A DNA stretch of 56,755 nt from a candidate division FCPU426 bacterium (GTDB lineage Bacteria; Oederibacteriota; Muellerivitia; Muellerivitales; Muellerivitaceae), in assembly GCA_030038835.1 (NCBI GenBank), contig JASHQZ010000167.1, forward strand, positions 1 through 56,755. Direction: 5' to 3'. Position 1 is the first letter of the stretch. Each line of letters begins with the position of its first letter. The position numbers were made by a program, and so were the translations under genes. This document shows, in pieces, positions 25,815 to 35,509 of the stretch. A model generated the notes under the pieces. That model had not been told where the DNA came from, made no database searches, and worked only from the letters and a program-made list of their open reading frames with translations.

Positions 25815-27704
25815 TTGGCTTTCAAGTTCCCCCGCGGCAAATTCGGCGGCTCCCCTGAGAAAAAAATGGGTGTCCTTTTCAGCGTGGTGACGCTGGCCTT
25901 CGCGGGTATTTTCATCAAGCTTTTTTACCTCCAAATCCTTAATTACCCCTTTTACCGCAACCTTTCGGACACCAACAGCCTGCGTTTGATCCCCCAGAGG
26001 GCCCCCCGGGGCATTATCACCGACCGCAATAACGAAGTCTTAGCCACGAACGTGCCTACCTATTCGCTGTTCCTGGTTCCGGCGGACGTGAAGGATTACA
26101 GTTCCTCACTGGTCCGGTTGAGCCAAATTTTGGAAGAACCCCTTTCCTCCTTGGAAAATTTGGTTGAAAGCCGACGCCAACGCCGCAGATTCGAACCCGT
26201 CCGCCTTCAATCCCACCTTGATCCGGATTTGATAGCCAAAATCGAGGAAAATCGTGTTCACTTGCCGGGGGTTTACATCCAAATGGAGCCGGAAAGGTAT
26301 TACCCGCACGGTGAATTGGCTTCCCATGTGCTGGGGTATATTGGGGAAATCGACGAGGATGAACTGGAGCGATTGAAGGACAGGGGCTACCAGGAGGGGG
26401 ACTTGATCGGGAAAAAAGGAGTGGAAAAAACCTATGACCAAATCCTTCGGGGCGAAAACGGCGGGGTGGAAGTGGAGGTGGACGCCTCGGGTGTCCAGCG
26501 CCGAACCTTGGCCTACCGCGAGCCAGTCCAGGGGCAAACACTCAAACTGACGATTGACTGGAAGCTCCAGCAGTTGGCCGAGGATCTTATGGGAAACCAG
26601 GCGGGTGCCATCATCGTGACGAACCCCCAAAGTGGGGAGGTGCTGGCGCTGGTCAGCCATCCCAATTTCGATCCTAATGATTTCGTCAGCGGAATTTCTT
26701 ACAAGGATTGGAACGATTTGATCAAGGACAAGGATCACCCCCTGGAAAATCGCGCGATTCAGGTCCAGTATCCACCCGGTTCCATCTTCAAGGTTATCAC
26801 CACCTTGGCGGCTTTGGAGGATAACGTGATTGATTTGAACAAGGTTTTCTTGTGTACTGGAATTTTCTGGTACAAAACATGGCCTTACCGCTGCTGGGCG
26901 AAGACGACGGGACACGGCTGGGTCAACCTTGAACGGGCCATCATCGAATCTTGCGATATTTTCTTCTATCAGGTGGGACTTTTAGTGAAAGTGGACCAAA
27001 TTTACCGGATGGCCCGGAAGTTCGGCTTGGGCAGTCGGACCCAGATCGACCTGGACGGCGAGGCATCGGGACTGGTACCCAACCCCCGCTGGAAGGAAAG
27101 CACCCAGCACATGCCCTGGTTTCCAGGCGATACGATTCACATGAGCATCGGCCAGGGCTATGTTTTGACCACCCCCATCCAAATGCTGGATGTGATCAGC
27201 GGTTTGGCCATGGACGGAAAAATTTTTACACCCCACCTCCTTTACCGCGTCGTGGACCGGAATACGGGCAGGACCGTTTTTGAGGCTCCACCCGAATTTT
27301 TGCGGGAGGTCGACCTGGTGCCCAAGGACCTGGCTTTCCTCAAGACCACGTTGGAAAAAGTGATCAGTTCGCCTTTCGGTACGGGAAAGAACGCTCGGAT
27401 GAAAGGCGTCCGTGTGGCCGGGAAAACCGGAAGCGCCGAGAACCCCAATGGGGACACCGACGGCTGGTTTATGGCCTATGCGCCGGCGGAGGATCCCAAA
27501 ATAGCGGTTCTTGTGTTGGTGGAAAACGGAGGTGAGGGCGGGTTCGTCGCTGCACCGATCGCTAAAAGATTGATGGAAGTTGAACTTGGCCAGGAAGTGA
27601 CCCCCTGGGGAACCCCCACGCCCGGCGCGGGCGTACCAGCCTCGGAGACGCCTTCCGGTACGCCCATCCCCACCGCCTCCGTAACCCCCGGAGCAAAGCC
27701 CTGA
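25815..27704 (+). CDS. mrdA: Penicillin-binding protein 2 (elongasome transpeptidase)
   Basis: PBP dimerisation domain plus transpeptidase motifs (SxxK as SIFK, SxN-type, KTGSAE). P/T-rich C-terminal tail. TTG start. Confidence 0.9.
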   Translation: MAFKFPRGKFGGSPEKKMGVLFSVVTLAFAGIFIKLFYLQILNYPFYRNLSDTNSLRLIPQRAPRGIITDRNNEVLATNVPTYSLFLVPADVKDYSSSLVRLSQILEEPLSSLENLVESRRQRRRFEPVRLQSHLDPDLIAKIEENRVHLPGVYIQMEPERYYPHGELASHVLGYIGEIDEDELERLKDRGYQEGDLIGKKGVEKTYDQILRGENGGVEVEVDASGVQRRTLAYREPVQGQTLKLTIDWKLQQLAEDLMGNQAGAIIVTNPQSGEVLALVSHPNFDPNDFVSGISYKDWNDLIKDKDHPLENRAIQVQYPPGSIFKVITTLAALEDNVIDLNKVFLCTGIFWYKTWPYRCWAKTTGHGWVNLERAIIESCDIFFYQVGLLVKVDQIYRMARKFGLGSRTQIDLDGEASGLVPNPRWKESTQHMPWFPGDTIHMSIGQGYVLTTPIQMLDVISGLAMDGKIFTPHLLYRVVDRNTGRTVFEAPPEFLREVDLVPKDLAFLKTTLEKVISSPFGTGKNARMKGVRVAGKTGSAENPNGDTDGWFMAYAPAEDPKIAVLVLVENGGEGGFVAAPIAKRLMEVELGQEVTPWGTPTPGAGVPASETPSGTPIPTASVTPGAKP

Positions 27705-27747
27705 TGAAAACCCTAATGATTTCTTTTGTAAATGAGGCGATTTTTTA

Positions 27748-28866
27748 ATGAAAGCTGCAATCAAGTCCTACTTGAAAGGCATGGACTGGCCCTTGGCCTC
27801 GGAAGTCTTGGCCTTGTCCGTCATCGGCTTTTTCGTGGTTTTTTCCGCCACCTCCCATAACGGCGATATTTCCCAGCTTTGGAAAAAACAATTATTCTGG
27901 TTTTGCATCTCCCTATTCGCGATGTGGCTCTTCTCCAAAATCGACTACCGTTTTTGGATCGAGGCATCCTACATCTTTTACTGGGTTTCCATTGTTTCGC
28001 TTCTGGCAGTGCTGGTGATCGGCGACGAAACCAACGGAGCCAAACGCTGGATTAAACTGGGGATCCTTTCCTACCAGCCGTCCGAACTGGCCAAGCTTTC
28101 GGTTCTCTTGGTCTTAGCCCGGTACATAGGAAGCAAGACGGTGGAGTTGTTCTATTTGGGCAAGCTTTTTTTCCTGATGGCTATGTTGGGGCTTCCCTTG
28201 ATCTTGATCTTGAAACAACCCGATTTGGGGTCGGCGCTCTTGCTGGTGCCGGTTTCCATTATCCTGATGTACGTGGGTGGGGTGCCGGTCAAGTGGCTTA
28301 CCTGGCTTTTTATCCTAGGGTTTTCTTCCTGTCCCATCGTTTGGCATTTGCTGAAGGATTACCAAAAGGAAAGACTGGAGGTTTTTGTCAATCCCCAGGA
28401 TGACCCCCTAGGGGCGGGTTACAACATCATCCAATCCATGATCGCCATCGGTTCGGGCGGCATTTCGGGAAAAGGCTACATGCAGGGCACCCAAACCCAG
28501 CTTTCCTTCATTCCCGAGCATCATACGGATTTCATTTTCTCAGTCGTTGGCGAGGAATGGGGTTTTGTGGGTTCTGCCATCGTACTGGGTCTTTATTACT
28601 TCATGATCCAGCGGTCCTTTGAGATCTCCCGAAAGGCCCGGGACAGGGAAGGTTCGCTTTTGGCCCTGGGGGTGGCGTCAATGTTCACGGTGCAAATCAT
28701 CATCAACGTGGGGATGACCGTGGGTCTCCTTCCTGTGACCGGATTGACCCTTCCTTTCATCAGTTACGGCGGATCGTCCCTCATGTTCAGCTACGCGGCC
28801 GTGGGCATCCTGCTGAACATCTCTTACGCGACCCGCCGACCGGTATTGGTGACCGGGCGGGGATAA
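27748..28866 (+). CDS. rodA: SEDS-family peptidoglycan polymerase RodA
   Basis: FtsW/RodA/SpoVE family motifs (QPSELAKL, TDFIFSVVGEEWGF, GLTLPFISYGGSS). Confidence 0.9.
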   Translation: MKAAIKSYLKGMDWPLASEVLALSVIGFFVVFSATSHNGDISQLWKKQLFWFCISLFAMWLFSKIDYRFWIEASYIFYWVSIVSLLAVLVIGDETNGAKRWIKLGILSYQPSELAKLSVLLVLARYIGSKTVELFYLGKLFFLMAMLGLPLILILKQPDLGSALLLVPVSIILMYVGGVPVKWLTWLFILGFSSCPIVWHLLKDYQKERLEVFVNPQDDPLGAGYNIIQSMIAIGSGGISGKGYMQGTQTQLSFIPEHHTDFIFSVVGEEWGFVGSAIVLGLYYFMIQRSFEISRKARDREGSLLALGVASMFTVQIIINVGMTVGLLPVTGLTLPFISYGGSSLMFSYAAVGILLNISYATRRPVLVTGRG

Positions 28867-28925
28867 ATGTTTTTAAGCCAAGATTTCCGTTCCTTGCTAT
28901 ACTTTCTCGAATTTTCGGGGGAAAA

Positions 28926-29366
28926 ATGGAATCCCAACCCAAAAAACTGACTTGGAAAGACGGCCTGTTGATTTTTGCCGGTTGTTGGATGGTTACTTTT
29001 GTCGCGGTTTACGCCCTCCGCCAGATTTTGATCCCACGCGATGAATTGGACTGTTATGCCCGTATTCAAACACTCCAAAAGGCCGTGGACCAATGGAACG
29101 CGGCCAACCCCTCCCAACCCGTCACTGAGGATATCGATGAAAACGCCTTGGTCCAGGCGGGATTCCTCAAGCCCCTGACCTATGACCACACCAAGCACTA
29201 TTATTTCGTCGGCCAAACGGCCCACGGCTTGCGGGTTCAATGCAATAAACACGAGGATAACCCCCTTGTCCTGAAGCTGACGGGAGACACCCTTTTGGCA
29301 GTGCTGGTGTTCATCGTCGTTTGCATCAACCGGAAGTATGTCCTTTTTGACCCGGAAAGGACTTAG
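28926..29366 (+). CDS. Hypothetical membrane protein
   Basis: N- and C-terminal hydrophobic segments. No recognised domain. Confidence 0.45.
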   Translation: MESQPKKLTWKDGLLIFAGCWMVTFVAVYALRQILIPRDELDCYARIQTLQKAVDQWNAANPSQPVTEDIDENALVQAGFLKPLTYDHTKHYYFVGQTAHGLRVQCNKHEDNPLVLKLTGDTLLAVLVFIVVCINRKYVLFDPERT

Positions 29367-29368
29367 CT

Positions 29369-29496
29369 GTTATTGCGAGTCAATGCTCCATCGGTGCGTT
29401 TATTGGCGTGGCAATCTCAGCTTGTCGGTTGGGACGAAAAAAACTGGGATTCCTACGTGGCCAATCAAACTTATCAGTGTGACTCCTCGGAATGAC
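29369..29496. repeat. Structured palindromic intergenic element (REP/MITE-like)
   Basis: The outer arms GTTATTGCGAG (29369-29379) and CTCGGAATGAC (29486-29496) can pair at 10 of 11 positions, one of them a G-U pair. An internal direct repeat is CGTGGCAATC (29407-29416) and CGTGGCCAATC (29456-29466). Confidence 0.35.
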
Positions 29497-29516
29497 GTCA
29501 AGAATGGAGCAATGAA

Positions 29517-30434
29517 ATGTCCGAAGTTCTCATCATCGGTTCCGTGGCTTATGACGGCCTGAAAACACCCTATGGCTCCAAAGACCGGGTTTTGGGCGGC
29601 GCGGCTACCTATTCCAGCCTGGCGGCTTCGCTATTCGCGCCTGTCAAAATGGTGGGCGTGGTTGGGGATGATTTCAAGGATTCGGACCTGGCCCTGCTGA
29701 GGAGCCATGGCATCAACACTGATTTGGTGACCCGGGAAAAGGGAAAGACTTTTTATTGGAAGGGCTATTACGAAAACGACATGGCAGTGGCCCATACGAT
29801 GAAGATCGACTTGGGTGTTTTCGAGAAGTTTGATCCGCGCATCACGGGCCGTTCCCGCCAAGTTCCTTTTGTGTTTTTGGCGGCCATCCATCCGGAACTG
29901 CAAATGAAAGTCCTTCAGCAGATGACGAAACCCCAATTTGTGGTTTTGGACACCCGGGACCTCTGGATTAACATCACCAAACCCATGCTTTTAAAGGTGT
30001 TGAGGAAAACCGACTTGGTGGTGGTGAACGACCAGGAAATCCGTCTTTTGACGGGTGAGGTACACCTGATGAAGGGGGCCCGCGCCTTGCAAAAGATGGG
30101 CCCCAAGACCGTCATTGTGAAGAAGGGGGAACACGGCGCCATGCTTTTCGGCCCGGGTTGGACCTTCCTTTCCCCGGCCGTGCCTTTGGACTATGTGGTA
30201 GACCCGACCGGAGCCGGGGACACCTTCGCGGGAGCCTTTATCGGCTATGTGGCCAAGTACGGCCAATTAACCCCGGAAGTGCTCAAACAAGCGGTGATCG
30301 CGGGCAACCTGGTGGCTTCCTATACGGTGCAGGGTTTCGGAACCAAAACCATCGCGGCGTTGAACAAAGCCAAGCTCAAAAAGAGAGCGGTTGAATATCA
30401 CCGTTTCGCGAGCATCCCTAAAATCAGAATCTAG
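29517..30434 (+). CDS. PfkB-family carbohydrate/nucleoside kinase
   Basis: GGAATY... N-terminal motif and the DPTGAGDTFAGAFIGY ATP-binding/catalytic motif. Confidence 0.85.
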   Translation: MSEVLIIGSVAYDGLKTPYGSKDRVLGGAATYSSLAASLFAPVKMVGVVGDDFKDSDLALLRSHGINTDLVTREKGKTFYWKGYYENDMAVAHTMKIDLGVFEKFDPRITGRSRQVPFVFLAAIHPELQMKVLQQMTKPQFVVLDTRDLWINITKPMLLKVLRKTDLVVVNDQEIRLLTGEVHLMKGARALQKMGPKTVIVKKGEHGAMLFGPGWTFLSPAVPLDYVVDPTGAGDTFAGAFIGYVAKYGQLTPEVLKQAVIAGNLVASYTVQGFGTKTIAALNKAKLKKRAVEYHRFASIPKIRI

Positions 30435-30499
30435 TCGGCGGTCGAAAGTCGGAAGCTCTTGACGTGGATTGTCGGCTGTCGACCCACTTTGGAGTAAAA

Positions 30500-31681
30500 A
30501 TGCCAATCCAAACCGAATCCAACCTCATTAAAAAGTTTCCCCCCTACCTTTTCGCGCGTCTGAACGCGGAAAAGCTGGCCGCACGCCATAAGGGGGAAGA
30601 CGTCATCGACTTCGGTATGGGAAACCCTGACAACCCTACACCCCAGCCCGTGGTGGAAAAGCTCATCGAGGTGGTCCGGGACAAGAAATCCCACCGCTAT
30701 TCCACCTCCAAGGGCATCCCGGCCTTCTTGAGGGCGGTTGCCCGCTGGTACGACCGCAAATACGGGGTTTCCATCGACCCCAAGACCGAGGCGGTTTCGG
30801 TCATCGGGTCCAAGGAGGGCCTGGCCCACTTGGGCCTGGCGGTCATCAACCGGGGCGACAAAGTTTTGACCCCGACGCCCACCTATCCCATCCACCATTA
30901 CAGCGTCATCATCGCGGGCGGAGCCTTGGTGACTATCCCCATCCTGCAGGGGCCCGAGGCCTTCCTGCGGAACCTGGCCAAGGCCTATGCCAAGTCCCGG
31001 CCCAAGCCAAAGATCCTCATCATCAACTTCCCCCACAACCCGACGACCATCTCCGTGGAGCCGGAGTTTTTCAAGGAAATCGTCAAGTGGGCCAAGAAGA
31101 ACCAGGTGCTGGTGGCGCACGACCTAGCCTATGCGGACATCGTGTTCGACGGGTACAAGTCCCCCAGCTTCCTGGCCACGCCAGGGGCCAAGGACGTGGG
31201 TGTGGAGGTCTTCACCCTTTCCAAGTCTTACAACATGGCTGGTTGGCGCATCGGGTTCGCGGCGGGTAATCCGAAGGTCATCGCATCCTTGGCCAAAATC
31301 AAGAGCTACATGGACTACGGCATCTTCACTCCCATCCAGGTGGCAGCCATTACCGCCCTGGATAGCCCGGAGGAGAATTTGAGGAAACTGGCCGCCATTT
31401 ACCAAGAACGCCGTGACATTATGGCGGATGGTATGAACCGGATGGGATGGCCCGTGGAAAAACCTAAGGCCGCCATGTATCTTTGGGCCAAGATACCCAA
31501 TAAATACTCCAAGATGAGTTCCATGGATTTTTCCATGATGCTGCTGAAGGAGGCTGCGGTGGCGGTGTCGCCGGGTTCTGGTTTCGGGGTTCTGGGAGAA
31601 GGCTATATCCGCATGGCCCTGGTGGAGAACAAGGACCGCATCCGGCAGGCCTTGAGGAACATGAAAAAATTGTTTTCTTAA
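30500..31681 (+). CDS. Class I/II PLP-dependent aminotransferase (alanine/aspartate or LL-DAP aminotransferase-like)
   Basis: KFPPYLFARLN, GMGNPD and SKSYNMAGWRIGF (PLP lysine). ATG 30500 is 5 nt after GGAG. Confidence 0.85.
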   Translation: MPIQTESNLIKKFPPYLFARLNAEKLAARHKGEDVIDFGMGNPDNPTPQPVVEKLIEVVRDKKSHRYSTSKGIPAFLRAVARWYDRKYGVSIDPKTEAVSVIGSKEGLAHLGLAVINRGDKVLTPTPTYPIHHYSVIIAGGALVTIPILQGPEAFLRNLAKAYAKSRPKPKILIINFPHNPTTISVEPEFFKEIVKWAKKNQVLVAHDLAYADIVFDGYKSPSFLATPGAKDVGVEVFTLSKSYNMAGWRIGFAAGNPKVIASLAKIKSYMDYGIFTPIQVAAITALDSPEENLRKLAAIYQERRDIMADGMNRMGWPVEKPKAAMYLWAKIPNKYSKMSSMDFSMMLLKEAAVAVSPGSGFGVLGEGYIRMALVENKDRIRQALRNMKKLFS

Positions 31682-31700
31682 AACCTTAAGCGAGGGTTCT

Positions 31701-32864
31701 ATGGATATTTCTGAACGAATGAAACAAGTGTCGCCATCCATGACACTAGCTATTGACGCTAAGGCCAAGAAGCTCCAGGAAGAGGGCGTGGATGTCCTCA
31801 ATTTCGGGGCCGGCGAGCCAGATTTCAACACTCCCGAACCCATCTGCGAGGCGGCAAAGAAGGCCATTGACGCCGGCTTTCATAAATACACACCCGTCCC
31901 CGGAACACTGGAACTGCGCAAGGCCGTCGTCCAGTACCTGGACCGGGAATACAAAGTTCGTTACGAGCCGGGGGATATCGTCGTTTCCTGTGGAGCCAAG
32001 CATTCCCTCTATAACATCTTCATGGCCATCGTCAACCCGGGTGATGAAGTCCTTATCCCTGCGCCTTATTGGGTGAGCTACCCGGAACAGATCAAACTGG
32101 CCGGCGGCATTCCGGTTTTTGTCGAATGCTCCGAAGCTGACGAGTTCAAACTGACGCCCCAGGCCCTTAAAGCCAAGATCACTCCTAAAACCAAGGTTCT
32201 CATCCTTAATTCCCCCAGCAACCCTACGGGCGCGGTGGTGGGACGCAAGGCCATGGAGGGCATCGCTGAACTTGCCCTGAAGCACAAGTTCACGGTAGTT
32301 TCGGACGAGATTTATGCCAAACTGGTTTATGGGGAAGAACACGTCTGTTTCCCGTCCCTTTCCAAGGAAATGGCAGCCCAGACCATCCTGGTCAACGGCA
32401 TGTCCAAGGCCTATGCCATGACGGGATGGCGTTTGGGTTACGCGGCGGGTCCGGGCAATGTGATGAAGGCCGTCGCCGACCTGCAGGGGCAGTCCACCTC
32501 CAATCCAACTTCTATCGTCCAAAAAGCAGGCGTGGCGGCCCTGGCCCTGCCGGATTCGGAAATCCAGAAAATGGTGTCAGCGTTCCAAAAACGCCGTGAT
32601 CTGATTGTGGACGGTTTGAACGCCATCTCGGGTATCAAATGCCTCAAACCGGCTGGCGCTTTTTATGTGTTTCCCAATGTGACTGGGCTTTTCAAGGCCG
32701 GTCGTTCCAACTCTATGCAGCTTTCGGAGTTCCTTCTCGACAAAGCCAAGGTGGCCCTGACGCCAGGCATCGCTTTTGGCGCGGAAGGTTTTATGCGTAT
32801 GTCCTATGCCACCAGCGAGAAGGTCATCCTAGAAGGCTTGAAGCGCATCAGGGAGGCGGTTTAA
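31701..32864 (+). CDS. Aspartate aminotransferase-type class I aminotransferase
   Basis: GEPDF, NSPSNPTG and SKAYAMTGWRLGY motifs. Confidence 0.85.
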   Translation: MDISERMKQVSPSMTLAIDAKAKKLQEEGVDVLNFGAGEPDFNTPEPICEAAKKAIDAGFHKYTPVPGTLELRKAVVQYLDREYKVRYEPGDIVVSCGAKHSLYNIFMAIVNPGDEVLIPAPYWVSYPEQIKLAGGIPVFVECSEADEFKLTPQALKAKITPKTKVLILNSPSNPTGAVVGRKAMEGIAELALKHKFTVVSDEIYAKLVYGEEHVCFPSLSKEMAAQTILVNGMSKAYAMTGWRLGYAAGPGNVMKAVADLQGQSTSNPTSIVQKAGVAALALPDSEIQKMVSAFQKRRDLIVDGLNAISGIKCLKPAGAFYVFPNVTGLFKAGRSNSMQLSEFLLDKAKVALTPGIAFGAEGFMRMSYATSEKVILEGLKRIREAV

Positions 32865-32921
32865 CCGGGCTTTTCCTTGAATTGACCCCTGTTTTCTTAT
32901 AATCTAAGGCTCCTTTTCACC

Positions 32922-32957
32922 AAACGCCCCGGCTTTTTAACAAGCCCGGGGCGTTTT
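32922..32957 (+). terminator. Hairpin between the aminotransferase gene and hom (terminator or leader element)
   Basis: An 11-bp stem, AAACGCCCCGG/CCGGGGCGTTT, with a 13-nt loop and a short T run. It ends 19 nt before the hom ATG. A perfect TATAAT lies at 32898-32903. Confidence 0.5.
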
Positions 32958-32975
32958 GCTATTTAGGCTTAAGGC

Positions 32976-34310
32976 ATGGAGACCACAATGGCTGAAGGAA
33001 AATCCATCGTTAACATTGGGATGATCGGTTTCGGCAACGTGGGCCAGGGGGTTTACCGCTTGCTGGAAAAGAACCGGACCCTCATCGAAGCCAAGGTCGG
33101 CGCCCAGATCCGGATCAAGAAAATCGCCGTCAAGGACTTGACCAAACAGCGGGAAGTTGCTGTCCCCGAAGGTATGCTGACGGACAAATACGAGGACATC
33201 CTTAACGACGAAGACATTGACGTGGTACTGGAGTTGATGGGGGGGTACGAGCCCGCCAGGACCTACCTTCTCGAAGCCATGAAGAAGGGCAAACATATCG
33301 TTACCGCCAACAAGGCCGTGCTTTCGGTGCATTGGGACGAGATCATCGCCACCGCACGTCAGAATAAGGTGGACATCTATTTCGAGGCCGCGGTCTGCGG
33401 CGGCATTCCGGTCATCCAGGCCATCAACGACGGCCTGGCCCCCAACAACATCACCTCTATCTATGGCATCGTGAACGGCACCACCAACTTCATCCTGCAA
33501 AAGATGACCGAGGAAAAGAAGAGCTTCAAGGAAGCTCTTCAGATGGCCCAGAAGAAAGGCTTGGCCGAGGCCGACCCTACCCTTGACATCAATGGAATGG
33601 ATGCGGCCCACAAGCTGGCCATCCTGGCCTCCTTGGCATTTTCCAAGCGGGTCAAGGTGGAGGACATTTATGTGGAGGGAATCGAGCGCATCACCCTGCA
33701 GGACATCGAATTCGCCAAAGAAGAGTTCGGCCGGGTGGTTAAACTTTTTGCCATCGCGGAGGTAGAAGGCGATGAACTGGAAGTGCGCGTACACCCGACC
33801 CTTATCCCCCAGGAACACCTTTTGGCCAAGGTGGACGGGGAATATAACGGCGTTCTGGTGACCGGTGACTTCGTGGGCACCACCATGTACTACGGCCTGG
33901 GGGCTGGCAACAAGCCCACCGCCTCTGCGGTGATGAGCGACCTCATTTACGTGTGCCGCAGCGTGAGCGACAATGTGGCGGGCGAGATTTCCAACTGCTG
34001 GTTTCTTTCGGATAACCCGCAGATCAAGCGCATCCGGAAAATCGGCGACATCAAGTCCCGTTATTACTTGAAATTCTCAGTCCTGGATCAGGTAGGGGTC
34101 CTTTCGGCCATCGCCCGTATCCTGGGTGAGCACCAGATTTCCATCGCCTCCGTCATCCAAAAGGAACAGAAAAAGGGCGATAAGGTGCCGGTTGTCATCG
34201 TCACCTATGAAGCCCTCGAGAAGAACGTTCAAGAAGCCCTCAAGAAGATCAACGGCCTTCCCTTTATCCAAGAGGAAACGCTTCTTATCCGTATGGATCG
34301 CGGAGAATAA
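32976..34310 (+). CDS. hom: Homoserine dehydrogenase (with C-terminal ACT domain)
   Basis: IGMIGFGNVGQG NAD(P) motif, VTANK, GIVNGTTNFIL, DxxGxDAAHKLAIL. Confidence 0.93.
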   Translation: METTMAEGKSIVNIGMIGFGNVGQGVYRLLEKNRTLIEAKVGAQIRIKKIAVKDLTKQREVAVPEGMLTDKYEDILNDEDIDVVLELMGGYEPARTYLLEAMKKGKHIVTANKAVLSVHWDEIIATARQNKVDIYFEAAVCGGIPVIQAINDGLAPNNITSIYGIVNGTTNFILQKMTEEKKSFKEALQMAQKKGLAEADPTLDINGMDAAHKLAILASLAFSKRVKVEDIYVEGIERITLQDIEFAKEEFGRVVKLFAIAEVEGDELEVRVHPTLIPQEHLLAKVDGEYNGVLVTGDFVGTTMYYGLGAGNKPTASAVMSDLIYVCRSVSDNVAGEISNCWFLSDNPQIKRIRKIGDIKSRYYLKFSVLDQVGVLSAIARILGEHQISIASVIQKEQKKGDKVPVVIVTYEALEKNVQEALKKINGLPFIQEETLLIRMDRGE

Positions 34311-34419
34311 CATTAGTTCGCGGTTAACGATTCGCAGTTGATAGCAAGATTTTAAAGACTTAACCAGTGCCTGTGAACCGTGTGTTGCTAATTGCGAACT
34401 AAATTTTGGAGATGTTGAA

Positions 34420-35481
34420 ATGGCTTATTGGAAAGGTTTGATCGAGGAATACCGGGCCTACCTGTCGGTCACCGAAAAAACACCCGTTATTACCCTCAAG
34501 GAGGGTGATACGCCGTTGCTCTATGGCCCCCGCATCTCCCGAAAACTTGGGAATGGCGTCAAAGTCTTTTTCAAGTTTGAGGGGTTGAACCCCACCTGTT
34601 CCTTCAAGGACCGGGGCATGACCATGGCTATTTCCAAGGCTGTGGAAGAAGGTTCCAAGGCGGTTATTTGTGCCTCCACGGGCAACACATCGGCCTCTGC
34701 GGCGGCCTATTCGGCCCATGCAGGCATTTCTTGTGCTGTGCTCCTGCCCCATGGCTCCATCGCGTTGGGGAAATTGGCCCAATCCATGATCTACGGTGCC
34801 AAGGTGCTGGCGGTGGAAGGTAGCTTTGACCAGGCCCTGGCCCTGACCCGGCAATTAGCGGACAAGCATCCTATCACCATGGTGAATTCCAATAACCCTT
34901 ACCGCATCGAGGGACAGAAAACCGCGGCCTTTGAGATTGTGGACACCATCGGTGACGCGCCTGAATACCACGCCATCCCCGTTGGTAACGCTGGAAATAT
35001 CACGGCTTATTGGAGGGGTTACAAGGAATACAAGCAGTTGGGTAAGTCCACGAGATTTCCACGTATGTGCGGCTTTCAGGCCGCTGGCGCGGCTCCGATC
35101 GTCAACAAAAAAATAGTAGAGAATCCTCAGACCATTGCCACCGCCATCAAGATCGGGAATCCTTTTTCCTGGAAAAGTGCGGAAGCCGCCCGGGACGAGT
35201 CCCGGGGCCTAATCGAGGCTGTCACAGACGAGGAAATCCTGGAAGCCTACGAGATGCTGGCTTCAATGGAAGGTATTTTCTGCGAACCCGCTTCCGCCGC
35301 CTCCTTGGCTGGGGTCATCAAGAAAAACAAGGAGGGATACTTCATCGACGGCGAAAGGCGGATCGTCTGCACCCTTACCGGGCATGGACTCAAGGACCCG
35401 GATGCGGCGGTGATGAGAAGCACTAAGCCCACGGTTATCAAACCGGATATGGTTGATATTTTGAAAGCCTTGAAGTTGTAA
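34420..35481 (+). CDS. thrC: Threonine synthase (short, canonical type)
   Basis: NPTCSFKDRGMT PLP-lysine motif, ASTGNTSAS, and the hom-thrC context. Confidence 0.93.
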   Translation: MAYWKGLIEEYRAYLSVTEKTPVITLKEGDTPLLYGPRISRKLGNGVKVFFKFEGLNPTCSFKDRGMTMAISKAVEEGSKAVICASTGNTSASAAAYSAHAGISCAVLLPHGSIALGKLAQSMIYGAKVLAVEGSFDQALALTRQLADKHPITMVNSNNPYRIEGQKTAAFEIVDTIGDAPEYHAIPVGNAGNITAYWRGYKEYKQLGKSTRFPRMCGFQAAGAAPIVNKKIVENPQTIATAIKIGNPFSWKSAEAARDESRGLIEAVTDEEILEAYEMLASMEGIFCEPASAASLAGVIKKNKEGYFIDGERRIVCTLTGHGLKDPDAAVMRSTKPTVIKPDMVDILKALKL

Positions 35482-35509
35482 GGATCGGAATCCAAGCGAG
35501 GACGAAACC

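Noticed and set aside
26106-27764. Long minus-strand ORFs (26106..26915 and 26982..27764) opposite mrdA.
   Set aside because: They are antisense shadows of a well-supported PBP2 gene and carry no motifs.
29338-29562. A 74-aa plus-strand ORF crossing the spacer before the PfkB kinase gene.
   Set aside because: It has no SD. It reads straight through the palindromic intergenic element and overlaps the kinase start. It is most likely a by-product of the repeat.
30431-33818. Four long minus-strand ORFs (30431..31120, 31124..31867, 31746..32522, 32937..33818) opposite the aminotransferase and hom genes.
   Set aside because: The plus-strand genes carry clear PLP and NAD motifs. The antisense products are low-complexity G/R/P/H-rich sequences.
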